Under the pieces are notes generated by a model that saw nothing but the letters and a program-made list of their open reading frames with translations, ran no database searches and was not told where the DNA came from. The position numbers and the translations under genes were made by a program. From Eledone cirrhosa (taxonomy: Eukaryota), in contig OZ024743.1 of the NCBI GenBank assembly GCA_964016885.1, positions 52,266,001 to 52,330,000 of the forward strand: a stretch of 64,000 bases of DNA. Direction: 5' to 3'. Every line of letters starts with the position of its first letter. Position 1 is the stretch's first letter. Below are positions 38,333 to 52,078 of the stretch, piece by piece.

Positions 38333-39256
38333 AGCAGTGGGGGAGGGTGCTCTGAAAGTACAGTAGCTTGAGTCAGAACGGGATGGAAAAAGTTCAGAGA
38401 GCTTATACCACTATTAGCCGCTAAAGGGTTCTCTCTAAAAATGAAAGGCAGGCTGTATGATGCCTGCATACGAACAGCAATGTTACATGGCAGTGAGACC
38501 TGGGCATTGTGTGCAGAGGATATACGCAGACTGGAGAGGAACGAAGCTTGCATGCTCCGCTGGATGTGTAATAGTAATATACGTGAACGGCAAAGCATAA
38601 ACGAACTAAGGGAGAAATTAGGAATAAGAGGGATCAGATGTTGTTTACTCGAGAGAAGACTATGTTGGTACGGTCACGTGATGCGCATGAAAGACGACAG
38701 CTGTATAAAAAAGTGCAGGGCGATAAAAATAGACGGTAGCCACTGAATAGGCAGACCCAGAAAAATCTGGGACGACTTGATAAATTCCGACCTCACACAC
38801 TTACACCTCTCCAAGACAATGTCACTGGATCGAGATCTTTGGCGCTACACAATAATACAGAAGACCCGCCTTGCCTAAGTACAAAGCGAAACCTACAGTC
38901 AGTAGGCACCTCTAACAAAAATACACCCCTGTCCCACTACCCCCACACCACCCCCTTCAATGTGAAGTTATGTTGGTACCACAACATCCAGTCCGAAACA
39001 AATGAGATCGTGTAAGTGTCACGACAAAAAAACACACAGTCCACGCTGTAATGTGGCAGTGTAGGTAACACGGTAAAAACCTCCCAGACCCACACTGTAA
39101 ATGTGGTTGGTGTTAGGAAGGGCATCCAGCTGTAGAAAACCCGCCAGACAGTCCTATGCGAGCAAGACAATCACTCTTGCCTCAAGTGGGAAAACTCCCG
39201 TCCAAACCCATGTAAGCGTGGAATATGGACGTTAAACGATGATGATGATGATGATG
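38333..39256 (+). mobile_element. 5'-truncated RTE family-2 LINE
   Basis: GWKKFRELIPLL..KGRLYDACIRTAMLHGSETW..RRLCWYGHVMR; 3' UTR and (GAT)n tail. Confidence 0.92.
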
Positions 39257-39577
39257 ATATATATATGTATGTATATATATATATATGTATGTATATATAT
39301 ATGTATATATATATATATGTATGTATATATATATATATGTATGTATATATATATGTATGTATGTATATATATATATATGTATGTATATATATATGTATGT
39401 ATATATATATATATGTATGTATATATATATGTATGTATATATATATATGTATGTATATATATATATATATATGTATGTATATATATATATATGTATGTAT
39501 ATATATATATAAATATGTATGTATATAAATATAAATATGTATGTATATATATATATATATGTGTATGTATATACATA

Positions 39578-39613
<36 letters not shown>

Positions 39614-39660
39614 TATATATATATATGTATGTATATACATATGTATATATATATATATAA

Positions 39661-39700
<40 letters not shown>

Positions 39701-39712
39701 ACACACACATAT

Positions 39713-39745
<33 letters not shown>

Positions 39746-39780
39746 CATATGTATATACATACATATATATATATATATAC
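39257..39780. repeat. Compound (TA)n/(TATG)n microsatellite
   Basis: Direct reading. Confidence 0.95.
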
Positions 39781-40292
39781 AATATGTTGAAAAGGTAACA
39801 CACCAGAGAGAGCTATACAGTGCGCTATCAATAAAACAGGGAAAAAACCACCAGTGTATGGAATCTATAACCTATGAAAGGCAGACTATAGACACGATAA
39901 TTAAAAATATAAATTAAAGCGTAAATAAATACCTTTATAACTATATAACACACGTACAAATCCAAAGAGATGTTTCACCAGTAAGTTGTTGACAGAAATG
40001 AAATAACCTCGGTTCATCAGCGTGTGTAAGGCTATACATTTCAGACATCACTAAGAGTATTTTAAAAGTGACTGTCCAGCTACACGTGGGAGAGAGAAGT
40101 CACAGCGTGTTTAAGGGCAGTGAACCAGTGGCCTCTGAGGGATGAGCTGCTAGAAAGGGCAGCCCAAAACCACTCAGAGAAGTGTGCTCAACCAAACAGA
40201 GAGATAGGAAAGACTGTTATAAGGAGCGAAATATCACGATAAATTAACGGAGCCATAGGCTCCTTATAACAGTCTTTCCTATCTCTCTGTTA

Positions 40293-40402
40293 TACATATA
40301 TATACCCACTCATTCACTCACATATATACACATATATATATACCCACTCATTCACACACATATATATATATATATATATACACATATATATACCCACTCA
40401 TT

Positions 40403-40470
<68 letters not shown>

Positions 40471-40532
40471 CATATATATACCAACTCATTCACTCACACA
40501 TATATATATACACATATATATACCCACTCATT

Positions 40533-40578
<46 letters not shown>

Positions 40579-40599
40579 TATACCCACTCATTCACACAC

Positions 40600-40631
<32 letters not shown>

Positions 40632-40658
40632 ACATATATATATACCCACTCATTCACT

Positions 40659-40703
<45 letters not shown>

Positions 40704-40760
40704 TCATTCACTCACATATACTAATATATACCCACTCATTTACTCACACATATATATATG
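40293..40760. repeat. Minisatellite (tacccactcattcacacac) interleaved with (TA)n
   Basis: Direct reading. Confidence 0.85.
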
Positions 40761-41497
40761 TACACACTCACATGGTAGTATATATGTACACTTATACACA
40801 TACATATGTACAGTAGTACTTAGATTCACATATACCTACTACCTTCCTACACATGCACACAGACACACACATACACACACACACACGTGCACATACATGT
40901 ACATACACACACACATGTACACACGCTCACACACACTCACATACACACACACTGAAGTGAGATAAAGATACACACCTGTTCACCATGTGTGCTCGACTTT
41001 AGATGATGAGAGCTGTACTTTCTGCTGGAGACACGACATTTCCTAATATATATCGGGTGACATTTTAAAAGGTGGTGGTAGGGGAATATTCCTCGGATCA
41101 TCACCCCCACCTCTCCACACTAACTCCTTTTTACACACACATACATCACACCTTGTCTTGCCCCCTTTATCTGACTCTTTTGCAGATACCAACACCCAGC
41201 TGAAATAAATTTTCTAGGGATGTTAGAAGCATTACGCCTACATACACACAAACACACACATACACACTCACAAATACATGCACACACAGCTTTATTCACA
41301 CACCCTGTCCTCCCTGAGGGATGTAATGACGTTAAGGAGACAAAAATGTGCAGAGTTGAGCTGCATACATTCATACACATCCATGGTTTTGTGCAGGCTC
41401 TCTGGATGCTTCAGTTGCTCTCAGGCAACCAGTGTGTGAGGTGCAGTACTACTTACTCATTGGAGAGGAAATGTAAGTATGACCTAGAAACCAAATC

Positions 41498-41715
41498 TTA
41501 ACCCTTCAATGTTCAAACCGGCCAGAATTCTCTACCTCTTACTGTTGAAACTGGCTGTAACTCGTTGCTCATACTGATGTTAAGGTATTGTTCTCAAAAT
41601 AAATACTTTCAAAATCTCATAGATTCGATATTATGTGAGATAATTATGCGAGGTAAAGCCTTTGCCGTGAAAATACAATAGTATATATAGAGTAATGTAA
41701 ATGCTAAAAGGTTAA
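41498..41715. mobile_element. TTAA-flanked MITE (piggyBac-like), family 1
   Basis: ttaacccttcaatg ... aatgctaaaaggttaa; homologous to 54771-55075 and 63503-63731, which lie in the opposite orientation. Confidence 0.75.
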
Positions 41716-41889
41716 TCTTCACAATAGATCCATCTAATGTTGCCAAGGTCCAAAAAGCATGTCAGATGCAGAATAAAATTAAGTTGATTTGGTTGCTTTC
41801 TTTCACTACTGGTGCATTGTGCTGAATATACCCCAAAAGGACAAACAGTTACAAAGGGGTACTTACAAGAAGTCTTCTAATGTCTTTGT

Positions 41890-42155
41890 GATGTATGTCA
41901 TGTACCTGTATGTCATGTACCTGTATGTCATGTACCTGTGTGTCATGTACCTGTATGTCATGTACCTGTTTGACATGTACTTGTGTGTCATGTACCTGTA
42001 TGTCATGTACCTGTTTGACATGTACCTGCGTGTCATGTACCTGTATGTCATGTACCTGTTTGACATGTACCTGTATGTCAGGTACCTGTGTCAGGTACCT
42101 GTATGTCATGTACCTGTATGTCATGTACCTGTATGTCAGGTACTTGTATGTCAGG
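41890..42155. repeat. 15-bp tandem repeat (tgtcatgtacctgta)
   Basis: Direct reading. Confidence 0.95.
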
Positions 42156-42162
42156 AAACATG

Positions 42163-45100
42163 CTACCATACCACCACTGGTAACACTCTAGGCTACCATA
42201 CCACCACTGGTAACACTCTAGGCCATCATACCACCACTGGTAAGACTCTAGGCCACCATACCACCACTGGTAACACTCTAGGCTACCATACCACCACTGG
42301 TAACACTCTAGGCCATCATACCACCACTGGTAACACTCTAGGCCACCATACCACCACTGGTAAGACTCTAGGCCACCATACCACCACTGGTTACACTCTA
42401 GGCCACCATACCACCACTGGTAACGCTCTAGGCTACCATACCACCACTGGTAACACTCTAGGCCACCATACCACCACTGGTAACACTCAAGGCTACCATA
42501 CCACCACTGGTAACACTCTAGGCCACCATACAACCACTGGTAACACTCTAGGCCACCATACCACCACTGATAAGACTCTAGGCCACCATACCACCACTGG
42601 TAACACTCTAGGCCACCATACCACCACTGGTAACACTCTAGGCTACCATACCACCACTGGTAACACTCTAGGCCACCATACCACCACTGGTAACACTCTA
42701 GGCCACCATGCCACCACTGGTAACACTCTAGGCCACCATACCACCACTGGTAACACTCTAGGCCACCATACCACCACTGGTAAGACTCTAGGCTACCATA
42801 CCACCACTGGTAACACTCTAGGCCACCATACCACCACTGGTAACACTCTAGGCCACCATACCACCACAGGTAACACTCTAGGCCACCATACCACCACTGG
42901 TAACACTCTAGGCCACCATACCACCACTGGTAACACTCTAGGCCACCATACCACCACTGGTAACACTCTAGGCTACCATACCACCACTGGTAACACTCTA
43001 GCCTACCATACCACCACTGGTAACACTCTAGGCCACCATACCACCACTGGTAACACTCTAGGCCATCATACCACCACTGGTAACACTCTAGGCTACCATA
43101 CCACCACTGGTAAGACTCTAGGCCACCACACCACCACTGGTAACACTCTAGGCCACCATACCACCACTGGTAAGACTCTAGGCCACCATACCGCCACTGG
43201 TAACACTCTAGGCCACCATACCACCACTGGTAAGACTCTAGGCCACCATACCGCCACTGGTAACACTCTAGGCCACCATACCACCATTGGTAAGACTCTA
43301 GGCCACCATACCACCACTGGTAACACTCTAGGCCACCATACCACCACTGGTAACACTCTAGGCCACCATACCACCACTGGTAACACTCTAGGCTACCATA
43401 CCACCACTGGTAACACTCTAGGCTACCATACCACCACTGGTAACACTCTAGGCCACCATACCACCACTGGTAACACTCTAGGCCACCATACCACCACTGG
43501 TAACACTCTAGACCACCATACCACCACTGGTAACACTCTAGGCCACCATACCACCACTGGTAACACTCTAGGCTACCATACCACCACTGGTAACACTCTA
43601 GGCCATCATACCACCACTGGTAACACTCTAGGCCACCATACCACCACTGGTAAGACTCTAGGCCACCATACCACCACTGGTTACACTCTAGGCCACCATA
43701 CCACCACTGGTAACGCTCTAGGCTACCATACCACCACTGGTAACACTCTAGGCCACCATACCACCACTGGTAACACTCAAGGCTACCATACCACCACTGG
43801 TAACACTCTAGGCCACCATACAACCACTGGTAACACTCTAGGCCACCATACCACCACTGGTAAGACTCTAGGCCACCATACCACCACTGGTAACACTCTA
43901 GGCCACCATACCACCACTGGTAACACTCTAGGCTACCATACCACCACTGGTAACACTCTAGGCCACCATACCACCACTGGTAACACTCTAGGCCACCATG
44001 CCACCACTGGTAACACTCTAGGCCACCATACCACCACTGGTAACACTCTAGGCCACCATACCACCACTGGTAAGACTCTAGGCTACCATACCACCACTGG
44101 TAACACTCTAGGCAACCATACCACCACTGGTAACACTCTAGGCCACCATACCACCACAGGTAACACTCTAGGCCACCATACCACCACTGGTAACACTCTA
44201 GGCCACCATACCACCACTGGTAACACTCTAGGCCACCATACCACCACTGGTAACACTCTAGGCTACCATACCACCACTGGTAACACTCTAGCCTACCATA
44301 CCACCACTGGTAACACTCTAGGCCACCATACCACCACTGGTAACACTCTAGGCCATCATACCACCACTGGTAACACTCTAGGCTACCATACCACCACTGG
44401 TAAGACTCTAGGCCACCACACCACCACTGGTAACACTCTAGGCCACCATACCACCACTGGTAAGACTCTAGGCCACCATACCGCCACTGGTAACACTCTA
44501 GGCCACCATACCACCACTGGTAAGACTCTAGGCCACCATACCGCCACTGGTAACACTCTAGGCCACCATACCACCATTGGTAAGACTCTAGGCCACCATA
44601 CCACCACTGGTAACACTCTAGGCCACCATACCACCACTGGTAACACTCTAGGCCACCATACCACCACTGGTAACACTCTAGGCTACCATACCACCACTGG
44701 TAACACTCTAGGCTACCATACCACCACTGGTAACACTCTAGGCCACCATACCACCACTGGTAACACTCTAGGCCACCATACCACCACTGGTAACACTCTA
44801 GACCACCATACCACCACTGGTAACACTCTAGGCCACCATACCACCACTGGTAAGACTCTAGGCTACCATACCACCACTGGTAACACTCTAGGCCACCATA
44901 CCACCACTGGTAACACTCTAGGCCACCATACCACCACTGGTAAGACTCTAGGCCACCATACCACCACTGGTAACACTCTAGGCCACCATACCACCACTGG
45001 TAAGACTCTAGGCTACCATACCACCACTGGTAACACTCTAGGCCACCATACCATCACTGGTAACACTCTAGGCCACCATACCACCACTGGTAAGACTCTA

Positions 45101-47580
45101 GGCCACCATACCACCACTGGTAACACTCTAGGCCACCATACCACCACTGGTAACACTCTAGGCCACCATACCACCACTGGTAACACTCGAGGCTACCATA
45201 CCACCACTGGTAACACTCTAGGCCACCATACCACCACTGGTAACATTCTAGGCCACCATACCACCACTGGTAACACTCTAGGCTACCATACCACCACTGG
45301 TAACACTCTAGGCCACCATACCACCACTGGTAACACTCTAGGCCACCATACCACAACTGGTAACACTCTAGGCCACCATACCACCACTGGTAAGACTCTA
45401 GGCCACCATACCACCACTGGTAACACTCTAGGCCACCATACCACCATTGGTAACACTCTAGGCCACCATACCACCACTGGTAACACTCTAGGCCACCATA
45501 CCATCACTGGTAAGACTCTAGGCCACCATACCACCACTGGTAACACTCTAGGCCACCATACCACCATTGGTAACACTCTAGGCCACCATACCACCACTGG
45601 TAACACTCTAGGCCACCAAACCACCACTGGTAAGACTCTAGGCCACCATACCACCACTGGTAACACTCTAGGCCACCATACCACCACTGGTAACACTCTA
45701 GGCCACCATACCACCATTGGTAAGACTCTAGGCCACCATACCACCACTGGTAACACTCTAGGCCACCATACCACCACTGGTAAGACTCTAGGCCACCATA
45801 CCACCACTGGTAACACTCTAGGCCACCATACCACCACTGGTAACACTCTAGGCCACCATACCACCACTGGTAACACTCTAGGCCACCATACCACCACTGG
45901 TAACACTCTAGGCCACCATACCACCACTGGTAACACTCTAGGCTACCATACCACCACTGGTAACACTCTAGGCTACCACACCACCACTGGTAACATTCTA
46001 GGCCACCATACCACCACTGGTAACACTCTAGGCCACCATACCACCACTGGTAAGACTCTAGGCTACCATACCACCACTGGTAACACTCTCGGCTACCATA
46101 CCACCACTGGTAACACTCTAGGCTACCATACCACCATTGGTAACACTCTAGGCTACCATACCCCCACTGGTAACATTCTAGGCCACCATACCATCACTGG
46201 TAACACTCTAGGCCACCATACCACCACTGGTAACACTCTAGGCCACCATACCACCACTGGTAACACTCTAGGCCACCATACCACCACTGGTAACACTCTA
46301 GGCCACCATACCACCACTGGTAACACTCTAGGCCACCATACCACCACTGGTAACACTCGAGGCTACCATACCACCACTGGTAACACTCTAGGCCACCATA
46401 CCACCACTGGTAACACTCTAGGCTACCATACCACCACTGGTAAGACTCTAGGCTACCATACCGCCACTGGTAACATTCTAGGCCACCATACCACCACTGG
46501 TTACACTCTAGGCCACCATACCACCACTGGTAACACTCTAGGCCACCATACCACCACTGGTAAGACTCTATGCGACCATACCACCACTGGTAACACTTTA
46601 GGCCACCATACCTCCACTGGTAACACTCTAGGCTACCATACCACCACTGGTAACACTCTAGGCCACCATACCACCACTGGTAACACTCTAGGCCACCATA
46701 CCACCACTGGTAACACTCTAGGCCACCATACCACCACTGGTAACACTCTAGGCTACCATACCACCACTGGTAACACTCTAGACCACCATACCACCACTGG
46801 TAACACTCTAGGCTACCATACCACCACTGGTAACACTCTAGGCTACCATACCACCACTGGTAACACTCTAGGCTACCATACCACCACTGGTAACACTCTA
46901 GGCTACCATACCACCACTGGTAACACTCTAGGCCACCATACCACCACTGGTAACACTCTAGGCCACCATACCACCACTGGTAACACTCTAGGCCACCATA
47001 CCACCACTGGTAACACTCTAGGCCACCATACCACCACTGGTAACACTCTAGGCTACCATACCACCATTGGTAACACTCTAGGCCACCATACCACCACTGG
47101 TAACACTCTAGGCTACCATACCACCACTGGTAACACTCTAGGCTACCATACCACCACTGGTAACACTCTAGGCCACCATACCACCACTGGTAACACTCTA
47201 GGCCACCATACCACCACTGGTAACACTCTAGGCCACCATACCACCACTGGTAACACTCTAGGCCACCATACCACCACTGGTAACACTCTAGGCTACCATA
47301 CCACCACTGGTAAGACTCTAGGCCACCATACCACCACTGGTAACACTCTAGGCCACCATACCATCACTGGTAACACTCTAGGCTACCATACCACCACTGG
47401 TAACACTCTAGGCCACCATACCACCACTGGTAACACTCTAGGCCACCATACCACCACTGGTAACACTCTAGGCCACCATACCACCACTGGTAACACTCTA
47501 GGCTACCATACCACCACTGGTAACACTCTAGGCTACCATACCACCACTGGTAACACTCTAGGCCACCATACCACCACCAT
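42163..47580. repeat. 30-bp minisatellite array, ~180 units, in MMAB intron 5
   Basis: Unit ggtaacactctaggc(c/t)accataccaccact; stays in register with the 60-nt lines throughout, so no indels. Confidence 0.98.
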
Positions 47581-47609
47581 CCTAAAATTATATATCTATA
47601 TATTATATA

Positions 47610-47815
47610 AACACCACCATACTCCCACCGTCACCACCACCACCACCATCACCACCATCATCATCACCACAACCACCACCACCACAACCACCATCACCAC
47701 CACCATCACCACCACCACTACTACCACCACCACCACTACAACCACCACTACCATAACCACCACCACTACCATTACTACCACCACTATTACCACCACCACC
47801 ATTACCACCACACCA
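47610..47815. repeat. (ACC)n degenerate trinucleotide repeat
   Basis: Direct reading. Confidence 0.9.
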
Positions 47816-47949
47816 TTATTTTTATAATTTTTTGAAAATTATAGACAGTGCCTTTCTTCAGAAATATGTAAATGCAAATGGTAAGATGTTTAATATTTAT
47901 GTAAAAACTTTCAATATTTTGCGTAAGAATCTTTATGTTCTAAGAAGGA

Positions 47950-48163
47950 TCGATCGACTTTCGTCAAATAGGACCGAGGAAACAATGTTTCCGTTGGTCT
48001 TTCCATTTGCTAGTACTATCTATCGGTCGCAACTCCAGATAGAAGGAGCAACATGAAATAAAGTGTCTTGCTCAAGGACACAATGCATCGCCCGGTCCAG
48101 GAATCGAACTCACAACCTCAAGATTGTGAATCCAATTCTCTAACCACTCAGCCACACGCCTTC
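47950..48163 (-). mobile_element. CORE-like tRNA SINE
   Basis: Reverse complement gives gtggctgagtggttagag ... gagttcgattcctgg ... gtgtccttgagcaagacact. Confidence 0.8.
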
Positions 48164-49439
48164 ATTTATGTTCTAAATGCCAGCTTATTAATGAGAAAGT
48201 TACTTACATGATTAAATCTCTCCAAATTATTGATTATTTGCAAAATAACTTGAAAACGATAGGCAGCATCTTTCATTAGAAATATGATAATTAACAGGTA
48301 AACTGTGGTGATCGGTGCTCCACTTGTTTGATCAATGAAACAGACTGTTAATGAAATTAACATGTAAGTAGCTGAGCATTTCATTGATGTGTGTACACTT
48401 AATGTAATTGTCAGGGAGATTCAGCAGAACACAGTGTGTGATATGGTTGACCCTTTGAATTAGATGTACACCCTGTCTGATGGCCAGTCTTCCACACAGT
48501 TTTTCTTCTGTCCAATTTCACTCAAAAGGCTTGGGTCAGCTTGAGTCTGTGGCAACTGACACATGCCCAAGATGCCACACAGTAGGATTGAACCAGGAAC
48601 CTAATGATATCAAAGTGAACTTGTTAACCATTTGACCTTAGTGTATCCCTGACTCACAGAACGTGTCTGTTATTGTAGAGTGACTTTTAGTAGTTTCCTT
48701 ATTCTCAACATTTCCTAGCAACATAATAAAGTGATTATCAAGCAAGAGGCTTCAGGCACCTTTAGTCTCTCAAAGGAACCCTTGTTGACAATATTGGGAA
48801 GGGGTGGAGAAGAAGGGACCCACCAATCCCAAACACTGGGCAGTCTATCTTTAGATCACTTGAAAAACAAGATAGAAAAATACCCCCAAAAAACAAAATA
48901 TTTGGAGTTTCTCTTAGTGCAGTTATGTTGTTTACAGTATTTCAGGTGTGTGTGTTACAGGCTTTCTATTCAGCTGTATACGATTCTTGTTGTTTGTTGG
49001 TGTAATAAATATTAACCATACACACATATATACACATTTAATGTAAAGGAAAGTTCTTCATACAGTGGTAATATGAGGAAAAAGCATGTATATATATATA
49101 TGATATTTATATGTATTTATATGTATATATCATCATCATCATCATACGTCCGCTTTTCCCTGCTTGCAAGGGAAATGTATATACATATATGATATGTATA
49201 TATATATTTATATGTATATATATGATATATATGTATATATATTTCATCATCATCATCATCATCATCGTTTAACATCTATCTTCCACGCTAGCATGGGTTA
49301 GAGCTAACAATATGTATATATATTTATATGTATAGATAGTTATATGTATAGATAGTTATATGTATATATATTTATATGTATAGATAGTTATATGTATATA
49401 TATATATATTTATGTATATATATATATATGTGTATATTA

Positions 49440-49765
49440 AAGCCACCCATTAGTCACTAATGAACATGGTTTTGTACCTAGAAAGTTTCCCTCCAGGGCA
49501 CAAGCCTCAGCACGGTTTGTTTGTGGAAGACCAGCAGTCACCCATACATACCAGTCTGCCATCTCCATGCCACTGATGTTGTCCAAGGGAAAGGCAATGG
49601 CCGATACAGCCTGGCACCAGTGACATCGCAACTCATTTCTTCAGCTGAGTAAATTGGAGCAACGGGAAATAAAGTGTCTTGCTCAAGGAGACAATACATC
49701 AGCTGGTGCGAGAATTGAACTCTCAATCGCAAGTCTAACCCTCTAACCACTAAGCCATGTGCCTT
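49440..49765 (-). mobile_element. CORE-like tRNA SINE (different 3' part)
   Basis: Reverse complement gives catggcttagtggttagagg ... gttcaattctc ... tccttgagcaagacact. Confidence 0.7.
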
Positions 49766-49833
49766 CATATATATATATATGTATGTATATATATGTGTGT
49801 GTGTGTGTATATATAAATGTATGTGTGTGTGTG

Positions 49834-50810
49834 TCATCATCATCATCATCGTTTAACGTCCATGTTCCACGCTTGCATGGGTTTGGATGGGAGTTTTCCC
49901 ACTTGAGGCAAGAGTGGTTGTCTTGCTCGCATAGGACTGTCTGGCGGGTTTTCTACAGCTGGATGCCCTTTCTAACACCAACCACATTTACAGTGTGGGT
50001 CTGGGAGGTTTTTACCGTGTTGCCTACACGGCCACATTACAGCGTGGACTGTGTTTTTTTGTCGTGACACCTACACGATCTCATTTGTTTCGGCCTGGAT
50101 GTTGTGGCACCAACATAACTTTACATTGAAAGGGGCGGTGTGGATGAGGTGGGGGTGGTGGGACGGGGGTGTATTTTGTTAGAGATGCCTACTGACTGTA
50201 GTAGGTTTTACTTTGTATTCAGGTAAGGCGGGTCTTCTCTATTACTGAGTGCCGCCAAAGATCTCGGTCCAGTGACATTGTCTTGGAGAGGTGTAAGTGT
50301 GTGAGGTCGTCCCAGGTTTTTCTGGGTCTGCTTACTCCGTGGCTACCGTCTATCTTTATTGCCCTGCACTTTTTTATACAGCTGTCGTCTTTCATGCGGA
50401 TCACGTGACCATACCAACGTAGCCTTCTCTCGAGTAAACAACATCTGATCCCTCTTATTTCTAATTTTTCCCTTAGTTCGTTTATGCTTTGCCGTTCGCG
50501 TATATTACTATTACACATCCAGCGGAGCATGCAAGCTTCGTTCCTCTCTAGTCTGCGTATATCCTCTGCACACAATGCCCAGGTCTCACTGCCATGCAAC
50601 ATTGCTGTTCGTATGCAGGCATCATACAGCCTGCCTTTCATTTTTAGGGAGAACCCTTTAGCGGCTAATAGTGGTATAAGCTCTCTGAACTTTTTTCATC
50701 CAGTTCTGACTCTAGCTGCTGTACTTTCAGAGCACCCTCCCCCACTGCTGATTTTGTCACCCAGGTAACGGAAGCTGACCACTATTTCTATAGAACCCTC
50801 TGCGCAATTG
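49834..50810 (-). mobile_element. 5'-truncated RTE family-2 LINE
   Basis: Minus ORFs SFRYLGDKISSGGG and KGRLYDACIRTAMLHGSETW..RRLRWYGH..RPRKTW; near-identical to 38333-39256 in the opposite orientation. Confidence 0.92.
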
Positions 50811-50897
50811 TATATATATATATATATATGTGTGTGTGTATATATATATGTGTGTGTGTGTATATATATATATGTGTGTGTGTGTGTATATATATAA

Positions 50898-51212
50898 AAA
50901 CAAGATGGCGTAGGAGAGGCACAAAACAAAGAAAAGAATCCCCAGTCACTGAAGAGGTCACAGAATGTGTGACGAAAGAACTTTGACAATATATGAACAA
51001 CCGTCTGGTTGTGGAACCAACCAACCAACTGGAAATTTATAAATTTTTAAATTTATAATTTAATTTATAATAAATTGGAGTGAAAGCAACTGGTGCGTGT
51101 GTTTCTTATTGGCAACATGGCCCCCCCCCCCCCTCCCCCCAAAGTATAACAATATCGGTTTCAACACACGTTTTCAGATAAAGAATCTTGCTAAACAAAT
51201 TCAGAAACGAAA
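50898..51212 (+). mobile_element. Penelope-like terminal-repeat (pLTR-like) fragment between (TA)n tracts
   Basis: Contains a hammerhead-like fold at 50945-50987; homologous to 59503-59862. Confidence 0.5.
50945..50987 (+). ncRNA. Minimal type-I hammerhead-like ribozyme (variant)
   Basis: GTCA-CTGAAGA-G-GTCACA-gaatg-TGTGAC-GAAA-GAAC-TT-TGAC. Confidence 0.5.
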
Positions 51213-51529
51213 TATATATATATATATATGTCTGTGTGTGTATGTATATATATATATATATATATGAATGCATATATATGTATATGTATATATATATGTA
51301 TATGTGTATATACATATGTGTGTATATGTATGTATATATATGTGTATATATGTATATATATATATATGCATATGTGTGTCTGTGTGTAATATATATATGT
51401 ATACACACACACATTTAACTACTCCTTTAGCCATGTAGGTAAATATTATTATATTGTGTGTGTGTATGTGTTTATCTTTGCAAGGGTAAGGCCACTGCTA
51501 CTATTTCTGATGGTGATGTGGGGGGGGGG

Positions 51530-52078
51530 GTTGTTAGATGGGTAGGTTGTTAGATGGGTAGGTTGTTAGATGGGTAGGTTGTTAGATACCTGGGTAGGTT
51601 TTTAGATGGGTAGGTTGTTAGATACCTGGGTAGGTTGTTAGATGGGTAGGTTGTTAGATACCTGGGTAGGTTGTTAGATGGGTAGGTTGTTAGATACCTG
51701 GGTAGGTTGTTAGATGGGTAGGTTTTTAGATGGGTAGGTTGTTAGATGGGTAGGTTGTTAGATACCTGGGTAGGTTTTTAGATGGGTGAGTTGTTAGATA
51801 CCTGGGTAGGTTGTTAGATGGGTAGGTTTTTAGATGGGTAGGTTTTTAGATGGGTAGGTTGTTAGATACCTGGGTAGGTTGTTAGATGGGTGAGTTGTTA
51901 GATAGCTGGGTAGGTTGTTAGATGGGTAGGTTGTTAGATAGCTGGGTGGGTTGTTAGATGGGTAGGTTGTTAGATACCTGGGTGGGTTGTTAGATGGGTA
52001 GGTTGTTAGATGGGTAGGTTGTTAGATACCTGGGTAGGTTGTTAGATACCTGGGTAGGTTGTTAGATGGGTAGGTAGA
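51530..52078. repeat. 16/20-bp tandem repeat (tgggtaggttgttaga[tacc])
   Basis: Direct reading. Confidence 0.95.

Noticed and set aside
41789-47827. 2012-aa His/Thr-rich ORF as a real protein (e.g. a beak- or mucin-like repeat protein)
   Set aside because: It starts at a non-ATG codon, is made entirely of 15-bp, 30-bp and (ACC)n repeats, has no signal peptide and lies inside MMAB intron 5; the unit is stop-free by composition
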